Position numbers and translations under genes: made by a program. From Octopus sinensis (lineage: Eukaryota), in the NCBI RefSeq assembly GCF_006345805.1, contig NW_021825911.1:1-14055 (forward strand): 14,055 nt of DNA, written 5' to 3'. This document shows positions 1 through 9,618 of the stretch, one piece after another; positions within the stretch are counted from its first letter, which is position 1; the number at the start of each line of letters is the position of its first letter. The notes under the pieces are model-generated. The model worked only from the letters and a program-made list of their open reading frames with translations. It ran no database searches and was not told the origin of the DNA.

Positions 1-158
1 GTAAATGTTTTTATCATATATTTTTTTTCTATATGGTATGATTTACGGCTATCATTGTTTGAATTACATAATAGTGGTTTTTCTCTAATTTACATATATA
101 TATAATATATCTATCTGCCGTGTATGTGTGTAACCTGGGCATGAAATTATACTACATT

Positions 159-280
159 CTGTGGTGAGGATTCAGTTCGGCAGTTCTGGAGTTATGGGGA
201 GCATGAAGTAATTACTCCTAGATCTGTTCTGACTCGGAATAGTAGACTCTGTTAGGATCCCGTCTACGGATTAAATAAAT
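159..280 (+). mobile_element. Degraded interspersed repeat fragment (family unassigned)
   Basis: The run GGTGAGG..CAGTTCTGGAG..TGGGGA..TTACTCC..TCTGACTCGGA.TAGTAG..CTGTTAGG.TCCC.TCTA.GG resembles, from memory only, a common cephalopod repeat. There is no second copy in the window and no termini are visible. Confidence 0.25.
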
Positions 281-700
281 TTCGCGGAGGTAAAGGAGGC
301 TCCTTTTGTTTTTCGGTAAAACAGGTGGGGAGCAGCTCTTCAAGGAGAAAGATATTCTTACATAAAACTTGAAGTCAAAATAGTACTAGTCATCTTGCGA
401 TATTTGTCACTGGAACTTACTATGACAACCGAGAGAGCAGCAAAAGTGTTGTATAAGTTATTGTGACTTAATTACAATGAAGTTCGGATCTTTCTCTATC
501 ATTTCATTTCCTGATCCATTTTGTATCGTATAAAGTCCTATGGCGATGGATGATTGGGGAAAAGTCCACACATATGCAAGGATGAAAGTAAAACAGCACA
601 ATCAAGCTGATTATGAGACGGCTGTCATCTGACAATCTGACAAAGCCAGGCGATCATCAATCATGTATGTATCAGAGATAAATTGAAAAAAAGAAAGACA

Positions 701-736
701 AGAGAGAGAGAGAGAGAAAGAGAGTGAGAAGGAGAG
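701..736. repeat. (AG)n microsatellite
   Basis: Perfect AG run at 701-716, degenerate thereafter. Confidence 0.9.
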
Positions 737-737
737 G

Positions 738-820
738 ATCAGTCCAGTGCTGGATATGTTATTTATTGCCTTCAAAAGCATGAAAGGTAAAAATGACCCT
801 TAGTGTGTTTTGAACTCAGA
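738..820 (-). mobile_element. Degraded SINE fragment, same family as 4663-4863
   Basis: The reverse complement reads TCTGAGTTCAAAACAC..AAGGGTCATTTTTACCTTTCATGCTTTTGAAGGCAATAAAT..., colinear with TCTTAGTTCAAATTCC..GAGGTCAACTTTGCCTTTTATCCTTTCGGTGTCGATAAAAT at 4731-4790. It includes the B-box-like GAGTTCAAA. Confidence 0.65.
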
Positions 821-825
821 TTTCA

Positions 826-903
826 AACATACAGTATACATATACACATACATACATATACATGCATACATACATAAATACATACATAAATACATACATA
901 CAT

Positions 904-935
<32 letters not shown>

Positions 936-1040
936 CGTTTTTTTGTGAATTCTCCCTATATATATATATATATATACATATATATAATATATATACATAT
1001 ACTCGTACACGCATACGCACAAACACATATATGTATGCAT
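826..1040. repeat. Compound (TACA)n/(TA)n microsatellite
   Basis: Directly visible; source of the YI/HT-rich spurious ORFs at 810-1151. Confidence 0.9.
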
Positions 1041-1440
1041 TATCAACATATTTTGTTAGTTATTTATTATGAAATTTTTGTAACAACGTCGTTGCTGATA
1101 GTGAAGAGAGAATTGGCGACACATAAGAAGCTAAGATTGTACGTAACTTGATTAAAAGGTCAAATGCAGTCTTAATTCTTGGCCTAACTTCTTGGTTTGT
1201 CGACAGCAAGACTGGGTCCAATGCCTTTCCAATGACAACTACATGATGATTGAAGGCAAGGAGAGGGGAAATGGAGACTTGGATCCATGTATCAAGATAA
1301 ATTACTCTTTTGTCAGGGTTTGTCTTTGTAGGTTGGGGAGATACAAAATAAGATTTTGATTACAATGACACGGGAGCATTAGCCTTCATTAATCTTTCAC
1401 GGCCATCAACACCTCACAGGAGACTTATCACCAATGACGA

Positions 1441-1441
<1 letters not shown>

Positions 1442-1498
<57 letters not shown>

Positions 1499-1513
1499 TA
1501 ATAATAATAATAA
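1442..1513. repeat. (TAA)n microsatellite
   Basis: About 24 TAA units with one TGA interruption. Confidence 0.95.
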
Positions 1514-1595
1514 CTGATTGAAAAAAATGAAATATATTGTGGAGGGGAAAAAGTACATAAAACATTACGTAGACGTCTCAATTTTATTCTGTCTT

Positions 1596-1715
1596 TACAC
1601 ACAAAAACACGCTCGCATCCACCACACATACACGCTCGTACCCTCCACACACACACACCGCGCGCGCGTACGCACATGTGTACTTACACACACTCAAAAA
1701 TAATCATACACGCAC
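1596..1715. repeat. Degenerate (CA)n/(CG)n tract
   Basis: Interrupted CA repeats with a CGCGCGCG run near 1659-1668. Confidence 0.75.
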
Positions 1716-1871
1716 GAACCCCTTATGTATAGGTATTTAAGTTTTTAGTACTAAATAGATATTTTAGCATGGTGCTTGTCCAAATTTATTGATTGTTGCT
1801 CTTTAAATTTTTTTGTCCCGTTGTTACAATTCAACGACCTCCATTTTTAATGTACAAATACGTAATAGTAA

Positions 1872-1874
<3 letters not shown>

Positions 1875-1916
<42 letters not shown>
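1875..1916. repeat. (GA)n microsatellite
   Basis: About 21 GA units with one interruption. Confidence 0.95.
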
Positions 1917-2006
1917 TGCATCACCGTTTAGCCAACCTTTGGTATGTAGCTTCGGCCAATATATATTTTTCTCTAGCTACCTGCTGCAATTTATTTTTGT
2001 ATTCTG

Positions 2007-2451
2007 GGATCTTTTTGGTTTGACCGGCAGTTTTTCTAGCGGTGTCATATGAAATTGTCACCCATATGACCCTAGTATCGATCTATTGCATTTCAATCTG
2101 TTTTAGGGCTAGGATTAGAGCTAGGGTTAGTGTTAGGGTTAGGGTTAGGGGTGGGGGTGGGGTAGGGTATCTTTTTTCCTTCAGAAATGTAAATAAACCC
2201 AATCTGTTTCTTAAACGAGGGAATATTCATACGGCACAGAATGTTTTCACACCTTATATACGACTCATTGATTGGTTTAGATTGCAGAAATTGAAGAAAA
2301 CAACAAATTATCTTACAAACTATAGAATTTTCTCAATAAAGCCAAGAGAAAAAGATGTTTTATAACACCATTCTACCAGTATACGAAGTTTAAAAGTGTT
2401 TAGTTACGTGGAAATTATTTTAAAAAACTGCCGGTCAAACCGAAAAGATCC
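2007..2451. mobile_element. Non-autonomous DNA transposon (MITE), 445 bp, with 29-bp TIRs
   Basis: Left TIR GGATCTTTTTGGTTTGACCGGCAGTTTTT (2007-2035) and right TIR AAAAACTGCCGGTCAAACCGAAAAGATCC (2423-2451) match 28/29 as reverse complements. Flanks GTATTCTG (1999-2006) and ATATTCTG (2452-2459) give an 8-bp TSD with one mismatch; alternatively a perfect 6-bp TSD TATTCT if the TIR starts at G2006. No transposase ORF. Confidence 0.92.
2103..2167 (+). repeat. Interstitial telomere-like (TTAGGG)n array with G-quadruplex motif, inside the MITE
   Basis: Eight in-phase hexamers: TTAGGG CTAGGA TTAGAG CTAGGG TTAGTG TTAGGG TTAGGG TTAGGG (2103-2150), then GTGGGGGTGGGGTAGGG. Six G-runs of 3 or more with 1-3 nt loops lie in 2136-2167. 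Confidence 0.9.
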
Positions 2452-2624
2452 ATATTCTGTTATACAGTTCTATTATCCGTGTGTTCGCACACATATATAT
2501 TGATTTCTCTGTCCACGTGCAAATGTATACGTCTGTTTAAACACATGGGTAGATTATGAGATCAACCAATTATATTCGTAGCAAGTATCAACAATATTAA
2601 AGGACGTACATTTGTATATATATG

Positions 2625-2660
2625 CTCAGAACGTTATCTAACTCAGAACGTTATCTAACT
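2625..2660. repeat. Perfect 17-bp tandem duplication
   Basis: CTCAGAACGTTATCTAA twice (2625-2641, 2642-2658), followed by CT. Confidence 0.95.
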
Positions 2661-3129
2661 TCCTTTATAATATGTATGGAAATATCCACCAATTTTGACT
2701 GTGTCTATCATAATATCATTTAGCTTATTGTGTATGATTTATATGCAGAGGTGGTATTTATTTGGCTTTGTCTATTTATATAATCACATTTCGATGTAAT
2801 TATCATTGTTAACATTTGTTATTGATATGCTGTCGTAACTGTAGTCTACAAGCAGATTATCATAATACTTCGTTTAATTTTCTGAAGTTATTATTTAACC
2901 TCGTAACATACACAATTTTGATTTTCAATTTCCCTGCAAAATGTATCATATTTTTTTCATTATTTATTTTGAATCTGTTTATAAGGAAGAATATGTGTAC
3001 AAATTTACTTTGGATCAGTTATGATTTATTATGAAATTACTGATAGAAATGTTAGTTACTGATAGTTAATGATAGAAAACAGAATAATATCATGAACGTG
3101 TGTATGTGTGTGTGTATGTATGCATAATA

Positions 3130-3283
3130 AATTAAGAAAATTAACGGACAACAAGAGGATGTGCACAAGGAATATATTAGCTTGACGCTCGGTGAAAAGA
3201 GACAATTCAAAGTTTCGAGTATAGTTCTTCGTCGGAAAGGAAAAAAGGAAAAGTCTAAAGAAGGAAAAGAAATCGCCAACAGT
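3130..3283 (-). mobile_element. Short Penelope-like (pLTR-derived) element fragment between TG/TA microsatellites
   Basis: Contains a decayed minimal hammerhead on the minus strand. 3148-3197 is colinear with 6815-6863 (ACAAC..GAGGA.GTG..ACAA......TATTA...GACGCTC.G.GAAA). The Penelope assignment is inferred from the HHR type; boundaries are approximate. Confidence 0.55.
3206..3238 (-). ncRNA. Decayed minimal type I hammerhead ribozyme motif
   Basis: The minus strand reads UUU-CCGACGA-A-GAAC-UAU-ACUC-GAAA-C-U-UU-GAA. Core order and spacing match Penelope-type minimal HHRs. Only 2 of 4 stem II pairs remain and the G of GAAACGUH is lost, so this copy is probably inactive. Confidence 0.55.
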
Positions 3284-3363
3284 ATGTGTGTGTATATATA
3301 TGTGTGCGTGTGTGTGTATACACATATATATACATATATAAATACAGCCACACACACACACAT
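3283..3363. repeat. Compound (TG)n/(TA)n/(CA)n microsatellite
   Basis: Directly visible. Confidence 0.85.
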
Positions 3364-4662
3364 AATTTTAAGTAAACTGCATACGTTCTACTTTGGTTCA
3401 TGTATGTTGATCACTATATAAATTCTAGCATGTATTCAATTAAAATTTTTCTATTCCATGCCTATTTATATAGAAATAGACTCATTTACATACTTGATAA
3501 CTTAATATGATACTCAATATATTTTTCCTTTCTCTAATTGTAGATTCATCAGCGAACCTAAAAGGAAAGCAAAAAAAAAAAAAAAAAACTAACAAAAAAG
3601 CAAACAAGGACGTCTATGACCAAACAAAGTCTTATGGATACTTAAAAGAAAAATAGTGTTTCAATATTTCTAAGCATACTATTCATGAGTTCTTTTCTCG
3701 ACCGTCATTGAATGCTTTTTTCGTACAGTATTACCCTGTAATTGATGAAGTTTGACTCAAGAACCGAAGTCATCTGGTGTTTTCAATGGTCGCTGCCGGG
3801 AATAATTTTCGTCTCCCTCCGATGTTGATTGCATTTTTAAGATATTTGTCCTGAGTGGATATCTGAGAACAAATATCGCAGTAACTTGCTTATCAACACT
3901 CTGTATACGTTAAATACGATACATAGCTATTTCAGCTAGCTGCTGCTTCAATAGCGTATACGGTTTTTTATCCATAGTCAGTTATATTTTCACATAGGAG
4001 GTATTGTGACTCAATTTCAAAATTCGTTTAATGATCCCCATTTTACGGTGCAAGAATTTTGCTCTGTAATACAGGGATCATCAAGTGAATTTATGTAATA
4101 TGTAGTATTTTAGATTGACAGCTTAGTTTATCAGCAATATTATAGTGTTCCAGCATTTAATTTTGAAGCAGCATTTTATTTTTATGAACATTACCCAATA
4201 AATGTCCCTGGCAAATGAAGATTATTGTTCGTATTTAAGTACATAGCATTAATTCCCGTCCATAATACTTATCTCACAACTATATGTCAACTGAAAATGT
4301 AATTTTCATGCAAGCCGTTAAAAATGCATTCAATTGCCTTTTAACCTACATGTGCTTGAAAGTGAATAATTTTCAACGGTTCCTCATCGCCTTTCACTAA
4401 TTTCTATATTACTTTTTAAGATTCTTTTCGCTTGCGCTAAACTGAGGAACAAGTTGCAAATTTCGTCTTAAACGTACTTAAACTTAGAAAGGATTTCTTC
4501 AGCGGTATGCGAACATGCTAAATGAAGAGAATGGCAAATGCATTTTATGAGAATCAAGTATGGATTATAACATGTGGAGAGAGGATTATCAACGCCACAT
4601 AATTTTGTTTCGTCTGATGCAACAGCAAAACAATCTTTTTTTAATATTAATTCCAATATAAC

Positions 4663-4863
4663 ATGATGAACCGGCAGAAATGTTAGTATGTCGGGCATAA
4701 TACTTAGCGGCGTTTCGTTCGCCTTAACGTTCTTAGTTCAAATTCCGTCGAGGTCAACTTTGCCTTTTATCCTTTCGGTGTCGATAAAATAGTACCAGTT
4801 GAGTACAGTGGTCGATGTATCGACTTACCTCCCCCCTGGAATTGCTAGACTTGCGCCAAAATT
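4663..4863 (+). mobile_element. tRNA-derived SINE, near full length (family B; central region resembles the MetaSINE-type domain)
   Basis: A-box-like CGGCAGAAATGTTAG (4672-4686), B-box AGTTCAAATTCC (4735-4746), and central GCCTTTTATCCTTTCGGTGTCGATAAAATAGTACCAG. The 3' end runs into a TA array, and a second copy lies at 738-820. The family and domain assignment is from recall. Confidence 0.8.
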
Positions 4864-4876
4864 ATATATATATAAT

Positions 4877-4936
<60 letters not shown>

Positions 4937-5463
4937 TATATATAAATATATATATGTATATATATATGTATATATGTATATATATCTATATGTATATATG
5001 TGTATATATATGTATATTTTATATGTATGTATATATGAATATATATATATATTACAGATGTATATATGTAAATATATATATTATATGTATATATATATAT
5101 TATATGGATATATATATATATGCATATAGTGTATATATATATATATCTATATATATGTATACGTATATATTGCGTATATGTATATATATGTATATATATA
5201 TATGTATGTATTTATATATATATATGTATATATATATATATGTACATATATGTATATATTATTATGTAAGTATGTATGTATGTATATATATATATATATA
5301 TATAAAATATATAACAATAGGGTGTTATATATATATATGCATATATATATATGTATACGTATATATATGCTTATATGTGATATATACATAATGTATGTAT
5401 TTATATTATGTATATATATATGTATATATATATATATGTATACATATATATATATATGTATGT

Positions 5464-5551
<88 letters not shown>
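4864..5551. repeat. ~690-bp degenerate (TA)n/(TATG)n array
   Basis: Directly visible; purest at both ends, most degenerate in the middle. Confidence 0.95.
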
Positions 5552-5554
<3 letters not shown>

Positions 5555-5906
5555 ATAAATAACAATAGGGTAATAAGAAATTATTAATAGCAGTGGACCA
5601 CTGCGCAAGCGTAGATTATTTCCGGCGGCAGAGGCCTGAAAAGTTAGAATATACAGGCAGTTAGTTTTACATGTGGATCTGGCTGTGTGTGTATTTGAAA
5701 TCCAAAGGCTTTCCTACTGACGAAAACTGGCCTCAGCAAATATTTTTTTGCTGGAAATAGTTAGAAACCATGGTCTAGGAAATAATTGAGATGGTAAACG
5801 TTTTTAATTTTCATTCCCCTCGAGAATTTATCCTTAATTGGTGGGGTGAGTTTTCTACTTCTCTTTCTAGCACAAGGATTTCCTATTTGGAAGCCTCTTG
5901 ATTTAT

Positions 5907-5907
5907 T

Positions 5908-5952
<45 letters not shown>

Positions 5953-6040
5953 CTATAAATATATATATATTTATATATATATATATATATATATTGTGTG
6001 TGTGTGGTGTGTGTGTGTGTGTGTATGTATATATATGTAA

Positions 6041-6075
<35 letters not shown>

Positions 6076-6308
6076 TGTTAATATATATATATATCTATAT
6101 ATATATTGTATGTATGTATATATATATATATGTATATATGTATGTATACCTATATATATGTACATATATGTAAATATATGTATATATATGCATATATGTA
6201 TATATATATTTATATATATATATGTTAATATATGTGTGTATATATATGCATGTATATATGTATATATGCATATGTATATATATGTGCATGTATATATGCA
6301 TATATATA
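5907..6308. repeat. Compound (TC)n-(TA)n-(TG)n-(TATG)n microsatellite
   Basis: Directly visible. Confidence 0.92.
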
Positions 6309-6693
6309 GCGTTCGTAATACTTTTTTCGTTCGGCGTTAACAGCCCTTCTTATCTTGTTTTTCCTTGTCCTGTCTTTTACTGCTTATATTTTGTACTGTC
6401 GTTACCGTCCTGTTTTTGTTACCATTTTTACCTCTCTGCAAAAAGATTTCAAATTTTAATTGATTTGCTTTTCGCAGGAAGGAAAGTTTCTAATTCGAAG
6501 ATACGTCTCGCCTTCACCTTCGAAACGTAGAGTAGATGAAACCATGGCGACTGAAGAAGGGGTTTTTTCTTTGTGTTAATTGTCCTGTACTCTATTTTTT
6601 TGTTGTTAAAAAAAAATGTTCCAGTCCTTGGGTTTGTGTCTATGTTTTCGTTTCTCATTGTGTTCGACACGTTTTTTTTGGTGTCCTGTCCTC
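6309..6693 (+). mobile_element. T-rich interspersed element embedded in TA microsatellite, possibly Penelope-derived
   Basis: Sharp borders with TA arrays on both sides. Four GTCCTGT heptamers (6367, 6407, 6582, 6683) and hammerhead-like words in the centre (CTGAAGA 6551-6557, CGAAACGTA 6521-6529). Resembles a recalled Octopus repeat. Confidence 0.45.
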
Positions 6694-6782
6694 ATATATG
6701 CGTGTATATATACATGTAGAGGTAGGTACGTACATATATGTTTATATATGCATATGTATATTATATATATATATATATATAG

Positions 6783-6878
6783 TTAATCAAACAAGAAAAA
6801 CACAAAAAAACACAACAACGCGAGGACGTGGAACAAATATAGTATTATTGGACGCTCAGGAAAGAAGGAAAGAAAGAA
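6783..6878 (-). mobile_element. Truncated relative of the 3130-3283 element
   Basis: 6815-6863 is colinear with 3148-3197. The sequence is replaced by TA/TG microsatellite at about the point where the HHR would begin. Confidence 0.6.
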
Positions 6879-6975
6879 TATATATATATATATATGTATG
6901 TGTATGTATGTGTGTGTGTGTGTATGTGTGTGTGTGTGTGAGTGTATGTGTGTGTAAGTGTGTGTTTGTGTGTAA
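6878..6975. repeat. (TA)n/(TG)n microsatellite
   Basis: Directly visible. Confidence 0.9.
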
Positions 6976-7008
6976 ACAAACAGAGTGTGCTTTGCGCTAC
7001 ATGTATAT

Positions 7009-7224
7009 ATCAAGGGTTGAAGAGAAAATAACAAGGAGAAAAGTTTGGACGAAAGCAGAGCAAACGGAAAACTATACTAAATCTTATCGGAAGGGAAATT
7101 TTCCGTGTATCATGTCTTGATTTCCCGTCTGTTAAATTTTATTCTAGTTTTCCGACTGTGCTACTTTCGTCTAATTCTTTTCTCCCTGTAACGGTTTTTC
7201 TGTTCCCTCTGTTCAACTCTTGAT
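7009..7224. repeat. Imperfect long inverted repeat (foldback, or old palindromic MITE)
   Basis: Arms 7009-7099 and 7120-7224 with a 20-nt loop. Anchors: ATCAAGGGTTGAA/TTCAACTCTTGAT, GGAGAAAAG/CTTTTCTCC, GACGAAAG/CTTTCGTC, CGGAAAACTA/TAGTTTTCCG, GGGAAAT/ATTTCCC. Confidence 0.88.
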
Positions 7225-7325
7225 GCATACATATATATGTATGTGTGCGAGTGCGTGTGCGTGCGTGGGTGGGTGTCTGTTTGTCTGTATGCGCGTGAGT
7301 GTGAGCGTGTGTGTATATGTGTGTG

Positions 7326-7357
<32 letters not shown>

Positions 7358-7495
7358 TGCATGCATGTATGTATGTATGTATGTACGTATTATGTATGTA
7401 TGTATGTATGTACGTATGTATGTATGTATGTACGTATGTATGTAGGTATGTATGTATATATGTATGTATATCTGTGTGTATGCATGTGTGTGTGC
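7225..7495. repeat. Compound (TG)n/(TATG)n microsatellite
   Basis: Directly visible. Confidence 0.92.
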
Positions 7496-7976
7496 AAATG
7501 TTTCTCTTCCTGATTGAATTTTCTGTTATAGTCATTGAGCCTATTGTGTTCTGTCCCTCACAGAAGTTAATTAGCTCGCCATATTAATTAATGAAATTGT
7601 TTATTCCTCTACAATATGTACGGTCACACGAACTTCATTGTTTTTCCTTTCTTCTTCTCTTGGTGTGGAATTCGTCTCTGAGCAATTTTCTTCAATCATT
7701 AAGGTAATGTATAACGCCTACTTATGTAGACGCAAAACGTTCTTGCACATCAATATACCAATTTGCTTATCCCTAATTCGCCAAGTACGGAGAAGGCTGT
7801 CTCACCGGGGAACCTAATAATCTAGAAACGTACTCGGTATGTTTTCACCCATAATTTTCAAAATCAATTTAGTATATAATTAATCGTTGCATGTTTTTTC
7901 AGTGTCCCGTAAGAAATATTGATAGATATTTTTACCTCACTACATTAGATATATAAATATTGAGGTTACTTTAAAC

Positions 7977-8214
7977 CAGTGGTTCTCAATGGGGGTCCAC
8001 ATGGCCCATTGGAGGTCAATATAAGATTTTGGTGTTAAAATTTATCTGTAATAAATTGATTTTACTTCTAAAATACACAAAATATTTTAATAAATATTTG
8101 ATTATACGTATAAATATAATAGAATTTTTTAAACATCGAATGGCTAGAAGGGTTCATCCAAGTAAAATAGGGATCAAAAAGATCCATAAGCAAAAAAATG
8201 GTTGAGAAACACTG
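7977..8214. mobile_element. hAT-superfamily (Charlie/Buster-like) MITE, 238 bp
   Basis: TIRs CAGTGGTTCTCAA (7977-7989) and TTGAGAAACACTG (8202-8214) match 12/13. The 8-bp TSD candidates CTTTAAAC (7969-7976) and CTTTGAAT (8215-8222) match 6/8. The left copy has the central TA typical of Charlie/Buster target sites. Confidence 0.85.
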
Positions 8215-8492
8215 CTTTGAATAGACGCCTGTCTTATAACAAAATTTGCTGGAATTCAAAGATAAAGTCACTATTTTGTTCTTTCTGGCGTGATTTACGC
8301 ATCTTTTAAACTTTAAGAAATTCCCGAAGAAGACACTTGCTAGTCAAGTTATTAAGGACCATCCGTAACGAATTCTTTCATCGTTTTAAACTCCTATGAA
8401 GCAATAGGGTGAGTGTGTCGTATCTTGTAGCAGAATCAACTGTAAGCTAATGAAATTAATGTCGCAATTTCTTATTCACTTGTTATTTTAAT

Positions 8493-8517
8493 TTATATAT
8501 ATATATATACATACATA

Positions 8518-8577
<60 letters not shown>

Positions 8578-8588
8578 CACACACACAC
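8493..8588. repeat. (TA)n-(TACA)n-(CA)n microsatellite
   Basis: Directly visible. Confidence 0.95.
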
Positions 8589-8590
8589 TT

Positions 8591-8899
8591 ATATTCTTTT
8601 ATTCTTTTACATTTGACTGCGGCCATGCTGGAGCACCGCCCTTAGTCGAACAAGTCGACCACCGGACTTATTCTTTGTAAGCCTAGTACTTATTTTATCG
8701 GACACTTTTGCCGAACCGCTAAATGACGGGACATAAACACACCACCTTCGGTTGACAAGTGATGGTGGTGGGACAGACATACAAACACACACACATATGT
8801 ATATACGACAGGCTTCTTTCAGTTTCCGTCTACCAAATCCACTCACATGGCTTTGGTCGGCTCGAGGCTATAGTAGAAGACACTTTCCCAAGATGCCAC
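8591..8899 (-). mobile_element. tRNA-derived SINE (family A), 5'-truncated
   Basis: 8611-8744 is highly similar to 12624-12758 (GACTG.GGCCATGCTGGAGCACCGCC.TTAGTCGA...CTTTGTAAGCCTAGT...TTTTGCCGAACCGCTAA). The minus-strand 3' tail is (TAAAAGAA)n-like. The body breaks off into (CA)n at about 8899, where the B box would be expected. Matches a recalled abundant Octopus SINE. Confidence 0.88.
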
Positions 8900-8908
8900 A
8901 CATACACA

Positions 8909-8951
<43 letters not shown>

Positions 8952-8969
8952 CACACACCACACACACAA
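8897..8969. repeat. (CA)n microsatellite
   Basis: Directly visible. Confidence 0.92.
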
Positions 8970-9289
8970 TGTAATCTCAAAATAAAACAAAATACGATAT
9001 CAGTTTGAACGTGGTTTTGGTCGCTTTGTTTTTATTTGGAGATTCCATTAATAACTATTTTATTAATCAGTCTTGATCTTGTGTTTGTTGTTAGTTAATC
9101 ATTTAATGCATTATCTTATTCCAGATTGGCCTAGCTACTATGCCATCTAAAAAGATACGATCACGTGAATATTTTCTCACAGTTTGATATAATATGGCTG
9201 AGGCCTTCAGTTTCAAATTTGCGTTTTAAATACATTGCTGATTTAATTTTATTAATTATTTCATCTACCACTTGCTGGTAGGAGATTAC

Positions 9290-9315
9290 AATGATAATGA
9301 TAATAATAATAATAA

Positions 9316-9355
<40 letters not shown>
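9290..9355. repeat. (TAA)n microsatellite
   Basis: Directly visible; source of the poly-I and poly-Y ORFs. Confidence 0.92.
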
Positions 9356-9359
<4 letters not shown>

Positions 9360-9618
9360 GCTCCGTTGTTCTGTTCGGTATTCTTTTCGCAGCGATACCA
9401 CCAAACATGCATAATTTGTTGGTAACCCTCTTCAATTCTGCAAAGGAAAAAAATTTAAATCCCACACCGAAAAAAAACAACAACATACAATGGTATGCCT
9501 GTACGTGTGGATAAACTTGCATTTGTGGCTTGCATGTCGTGATAGAACATACTAACGCATTCACATACACACAATGGTAATATATACACACACACACCCA
9601 GAACACGCATATATAATA

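Noticed and set aside
1395-1513. Possible 3' end of a (TAA)n-associated LINE (Dong/R4 type)
   Set aside because: Only a vague recalled resemblance; no coding remnant is visible upstream.
2103-2150. True telomere or chromosome-fusion scar
   Set aside because: The array is short, degenerate, in a single orientation and enclosed within a TIR element.
3521-3560. CTGATGA...GAAA on the minus strand with a 4-bp TCTA/TAGA stem
   Set aside because: No stem III, no properly placed NUH triplet and no stem I partner; likely chance.
3700-4000. More complex sequence that could be an exon
   Set aside because: The minus-strand frames I translated gave only short peptides (MDKKPYTLL..., MQSTSEGDEN...) with no recognisable homology. 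A small exon cannot be excluded without RNA data.
4663-4750. tRNA gene
   Set aside because: A- and B-box-like words are present, but I cannot build a cloverleaf and the sequence continues as a SINE body.
5590-5604. Palindrome GCAGTGGACCACTGC resembling fused hAT termini (CAGTGG/CCACTG)
   Set aside because: The flanks show no 8-bp TSD, and it is too short to call.
5710-5770. CTGACGA followed by a CAGCAAA/TTTGCTG hairpin and GAAA
   Set aside because: The hairpin starts about 10 nt from the core and stem I/III pairing is out of register; not a hammerhead.
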